The notes under the pieces are model-generated. The model saw only the letters and a list, made by a program, of their open reading frames with translations. It ran no database searches and was not told the DNA's origin. Positions 29,879 to 32,428 of a DNA stretch of 32,428 nt are shown here, piece by piece (the stretch's first letter is position 1; each line of letters begins with the position of its first letter). The DNA comes from a virus. Taxonomy: Duplodnaviria > Heunggongvirae > Uroviricota > Caudoviricetes. The position numbers and the translations under genes are program-made. The stretch spans positions 1 through 32,428 of IMG/VR virus record IMGVR_UViG_2690316184_000005; one strand, given 5' to 3'.

Positions 29879-30073
29879 CTATTTGTTTTTCTTGTTGCTT
29901 GGGAAAGGACGAACTTCCTCTCCAATCACACTGCCATCAGGCTTTACCGTAACCATAATGTTACGGCCTGCCAGAATGGCCTTGCTGATAGCGCACTGGA
30001 TTACACCAAAGTCACTGGCTGCTTTAGCCTGTCCATGGATTTTGGCGTAATCGGCAAGTGTCATTCGAATCAT
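29879..30073 (-). CDS. cro: Cro-like repressor
   Basis: '[59 protein letters not shown]' parallels lambda Cro ('[39 protein letters not shown]...EEVKPFPSNKK'); start ATG 30073 with GGAGAG RBS. Confidence 0.8.
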   Translation of the reverse strand: MIRMTLADYAKIHGQAKAASDFGVIQCAISKAILAGRNIMVTVKPDGSVIGEEVRPFPSNKKNK

Positions 30074-30102
30074 ATGCACTCTCCGTTATTAACCATGAAC
30101 AA

Positions 30103-30173
30103 AGAATACTACAGGTATTCAAAGCAATCAATACTCAGGGTATTTTTAGTTTAAGTACCTTAGCTATTAGAAT
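30103..30173. promoter_or_regulatory. Right operator region: OR1 (30104-30120), OR2 (30130-30146), weak OR3 (30154-30170); pR (minus strand -35 30126-30131, -10 30103-30108); pRM (-10 TAGAAT 30168-30173, leaderless cI mRNA)
   Basis: 17-bp dyads GAATACTACAGGTATTC and CAATACTCAGGGTATTT with about 25-bp centre spacing; minus strand TTGATT-N17-TATTCT; TAGAAT 7 nt before the cI ATG. Confidence 0.6.
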
Positions 30174-30179
30174 TAAGCT

Positions 30180-30896
30180 ATGGAAAATAAAAAATCACTG
30201 ACGACAGAACAGCTCGAAGACGCTAAGCGGCTTAAGGCTTTGTATGAGTCAAAAAAGAAAGAATTGGGAATAACCCAATACTCAATCGCTGATGAACTGG
30301 GTATCACCCAAGGAGCGGTAGGGCATTATCTTAATGGCAGAAACGCGCTAAACGTTGAGGTTGCATCTGGTTTTGCGCGATTGTTGCAAGTCTCAATTGC
30401 TGATTTTAGCCAGTCAATTGCTGCCAAGGTTGCAGAACAGGCAGAAAGCCTTAAGAGCGATGCCAACGTAAGGTATGCAGGGGAATACAGAGCAGGAAAG
30501 AGGTATCCGGTGTTAAGCAGTATCCAGGCTGGCTCGTGGTGTGAAGCATGCGAACCATACACCATTAAAGACATAGATGTTTGGCTTGAGTCTGACGCGC
30601 ATATTCAAGGTAATGCGTTTTGGCTTAAAGTGGAAGGTGATTCAATGACGGCACCGGTTGGGTTAAGCATTCCAGAGGGAACATTCGTTCTTTTCGATAC
30701 CGGAAGGGAGGCGATCAACGGCAGCTTGGTCATAGCAAAACTTTCTGACTCTAACGAAGCAACATTCAAGAAGCTGATAATCGACGGCGGAAATAAATAC
30801 CTCAAGGGACTTAATCCTGCATGGCCTCTCATGCCAATCAATGGAAACTGCAAGATTATAGGCGTTGCAATTGAGACAAAACTAAGGCTGGTTTGA
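30180..30896 (+). CDS. cI: CI-type prophage repressor (HTH + LexA/S24-like autocleavage domain)
   Basis: 'LTTEQLEDAKRLKALYESKKKELGITQYSIADELGITQGAVGHYLNG' and C-terminal 'AFWLKVEGDSMTAPVG...FKKLI' parallel lambda CI; helix residues differ, so different immunity specificity. Confidence 0.9.
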   Translation: MENKKSLTTEQLEDAKRLKALYESKKKELGITQYSIADELGITQGAVGHYLNGRNALNVEVASGFARLLQVSIADFSQSIAAKVAEQAESLKSDANVRYAGEYRAGKRYPVLSSIQAGSWCEACEPYTIKDIDVWLESDAHIQGNAFWLKVEGDSMTAPVGLSIPEGTFVLFDTGREAINGSLVIAKLSDSNEATFKKLIIDGGNKYLKGLNPAWPLMPINGNCKIIGVAIETKLRLV

Positions 30897-30913
30897 TCAC
30901 GCAAGGGGCGATT

Positions 30914-31282
30914 ATGGTTGGAACCGCTATAGCAAGCTTTTTTGCGATGTTGGCAATCTCGACAATTTACGGCTTAGCGCATGCTTTTATTGCGAAATCT
31001 CTATCAGAAAAAATAAGCCAGGCTTGGGCGCATAGATCAGCTCGTTTCATGATTCTTGTGATCATAGCAATACAAGGGATATCTGCATTTATCCTCTATG
31101 GATCAAGCTTATACCTATTGTATCAAGGCGCGACATTTACGCCTTACACCAGTGATTACGGAACTCTATACGATGGTAGTGAAGACATCACTGTGGCTTG
31201 GATCGTCTTTGGTTTATCTATGGCCGTGTCTGTTGTAGCAGACATCATTAAGGTAATTCTCGTCTTAACCTTCGCTGACTAA
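30914..31282 (+). CDS. Small three-TM membrane protein co-oriented downstream of cI (rexB-position gene; candidate exclusion/abortive-infection protein)
   Basis: ATG 30914 with AAGGGG RBS 5 nt upstream; three hydrophobic segments (approx. residues 2-27, 45-70, 90-120); track TTG start 30893 rejected. Confidence 0.6.
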   Translation: MVGTAIASFFAMLAISTIYGLAHAFIAKSLSEKISQAWAHRSARFMILVIIAIQGISAFILYGSSLYLLYQGATFTPYTSDYGTLYDGSEDITVAWIVFGLSMAVSVVADIIKVILVLTFAD

Positions 31283-31367
31283 CCCATAATCCCGGCAGCA
31301 ATAGCTATCGGGATCCACTTCACATATCCCGCATAAAAATCACTGAACAAGCAGACAGCGAAAAAAT

Positions 31368-31455
31368 AAATATCCTTTGTATTCATTTGCTTATCATTAT
31401 TTCACCAAAAATAAATACCTTGGGTATTTACACAATAAAATACCTACAGTATTCT
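31368..31455 (+). promoter_or_regulatory. Left operator/promoter region: OL sites 31368-31384, 31412-31428, 31437-31453; pL (-35 TTTACA 31427-31432, -10 TATTCT 31450-31455)
   Basis: 17-bp dyads AAATATCCTTTGTATTC, AAATACCTTGGGTATTT, AAATACCTACAGTATTC share half-sites AAATAC/GTATTC with OR; -10 hexamer identical to pR. Confidence 0.55.
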
Positions 31456-31501
31456 TTAGCCATCAGCAGGACGCTGGAAGCCAAACGGAACAGATTGGCA
31501 G

Positions 31502-31542
31502 GCTCTTTAACATTGATGGGATTGTCCCGCCGAAATGCGGGA
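31502..31542 (+). promoter_or_regulatory. nutL (boxA + boxB hairpin) in the N leader
   Basis: GCTCTTTAACA (boxA-like) followed 12 nt later by TCCCGCCGAAATGCGGGA hairpin; identical to nutR elements. Confidence 0.6.
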
Positions 31543-31649
31543 ACCAAAGAGTAGTTGGCTTTGGGGTGACGTGAAGTGCAGCTGCACGACGGCAACCGGA
31601 AGATAAGCACCCGGCGCGTCACCGCCAAAGTCAATCATCGGAGGTCAAC

Positions 31650-31949
31650 ATGACAGTAGTCATTACATATCTGGCTGACGATAACGCCAGAAATCGCCGC
31701 AGAGCACGCAGACAGGCTCAACGTGAACAGGCAATGCAAGAGCAGCGACTGGCGAGAAAAATTGCGCTAAAGCTCTCTGGTTGCGTCAGAGCAGATAAAG
31801 CAGCATCACTCGGAAGCCTTCGCTGCAAGAAGGCAGAAGAGGTCGAGAGTAAACGGAATCGTATTTACTACCGCAAGCCACGCAGTGAAATGGGTGTGAC
31901 TTGTGTTGGTCGCCAGAAAATGAAATTAGGCAGCAAACCACTTATTTGA
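31650..31949 (+). CDS. N: N-type transcription antiterminator
   Basis: Arg-rich motif 'NARNRRRARRQAQREQ' near N-terminus; C-terminus 'IYYRKPRSEMGVTCVGRQKMKLGSKPLI' parallels lambda N 'TWYSKPGERGITCSGRQKIKGKSIPLI'; GGAGG RBS. Confidence 0.85.
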   Translation: MTVVITYLADDNARNRRRARRQAQREQAMQEQRLARKIALKLSGCVRADKAASLGSLRCKKAEEVESKRNRIYYRKPRSEMGVTCVGRQKMKLGSKPLI

Positions 31950-31957
31950 GGTGAGAT

Positions 31958-32428
31958 ATGACAAAATCATGGAGCGTACCTTTTCCTGAATCAGAAACTG
32001 AACATGATGGAATGCCTGTTTTCTGGAGATTCCAGGCGACAGTTGAAGAAGATGGGATAAAAATATTCGCACTTCAATATATAGCTTTTCATCAGACAGA
32101 GCATTATGCATGGTTGGTTCCTGCGCATTGGATTGTTAATTTTAAACCAGCACCAAATCAGTGGTTACAGGAATGGAAACAAAGGAGAAATAGATATGCA
32201 ATTAAGAAAGTAGCAAAAAATGCAGAAAGATCTTTTGCATTCCCAACGAAGAAACTTGCTATTGAAAGTTTATTGCGTCGGAAGAAATACCATTTAATGA
32301 GAATAAAACAAGATTTGGCTGTTGTATCAACTCTTGTTGATGGGATGAAAAATATTGATACATCAACACCAGATATTGAATATAACTTTGGACACAACCA
32401 AGAAACAGAAAATTGGGTATTTTATTAG
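31958..32428 (+). CDS. Hypothetical protein, first gene after N in the early-left operon; AT-rich
   Basis: 156-aa ORF, GAGGTGAG RBS 5 nt upstream of ATG 31958; basic central helix 'WKQRRNRYAIKKVAKNAER...LLRRKKYHLMRIKQ'; no family recognised. Confidence 0.55.
   Translation: MTKSWSVPFPESETEHDGMPVFWRFQATVEEDGIKIFALQYIAFHQTEHYAWLVPAHWIVNFKPAPNQWLQEWKQRRNRYAIKKVAKNAERSFAFPTKKLAIESLLRRKKYHLMRIKQDLAVVSTLVDGMKNIDTSTPDIEYNFGHNQETENWVFY

Larger units (their letters stand above)
1..32428. mobile_element. Temperate lambdoid phage genome segment (P22-like morphogenesis + lambda-like regulation/lysis); phage sequence throughout
   Basis: Continuous phage gene order int / tailspike / ejection proteins / tail / coat / scaffold / portal / terminase / lysis / Q / nin / replication / cII-cro-cI-N; no host housekeeping genes seen. 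Confidence 0.9.

Noticed and set aside
30893-30913. TTG start for the membrane protein overlapping the cI stop
   Set aside because: ATG at 30914 has an AAGGGG RBS at 5-nt spacing; the TTG start has none.
31926-32397. Minus-strand ORFs (61 and 79 aa) in the AT-rich region after N
   Set aside because: AT-rich sequence generates chance ORFs; they are antisense to a plus-strand ORF with a strong RBS and operon context.
1-32428. CRISPR arrays, tRNA/rRNA genes, IS elements
   Set aside because: No spaced direct-repeat arrays, no tRNA-like T-arm/acceptor sequences and no transposase-like ORFs found on reading both strands.

Overview
The window is about 32.4 kb of a gene-dense temperate lambdoid phage genome from an enterobacterial host, with no host housekeeping genes visible. 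It is a mosaic: a P22-like short-tailed virion module on the minus strand (small and large terminase, portal, scaffold, coat, gp4/gp10/gp26 tail proteins, gp14/gp7/gp20/gp16 ejection proteins, tailspike), joined to a lambda-type late-control and lysis block (Q, pR', S, R, Rz/Rz1), a nin region (NinB, NinE/F-like, RusA, NinH, plus an N6-adenine methyltransferase and a Rha/KilAC protein), an O-like initiator with an iteron origin and a primase-helicase, and an immunity region (cII, cro, OR, cI, OL/pL, nutL, N) whose operators differ from lambda. A tyrosine integrase sits at position 1 next to the tailspike end, so the sequence looks like the circular or attP form rather than an integrated prophage with host flanks. 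Protein identifications rest on my recollection of P22 and lambda sequences and on synteny; no database search was possible. The candidates for something undescribed are the non-core genes at known moron hot-spots: an ORF inserted between coat and gp4, a lipoprotein beside an orphan mnt, a possible Tad2/DUF2829-like protein and an AT-rich islet between lysis and terminase genes, a small membrane protein in the rexAB slot after cI, an AT-rich ORF after N, and an acetyltransferase between int and tailspike. No CRISPR array, tRNA, rRNA or IS element was found.
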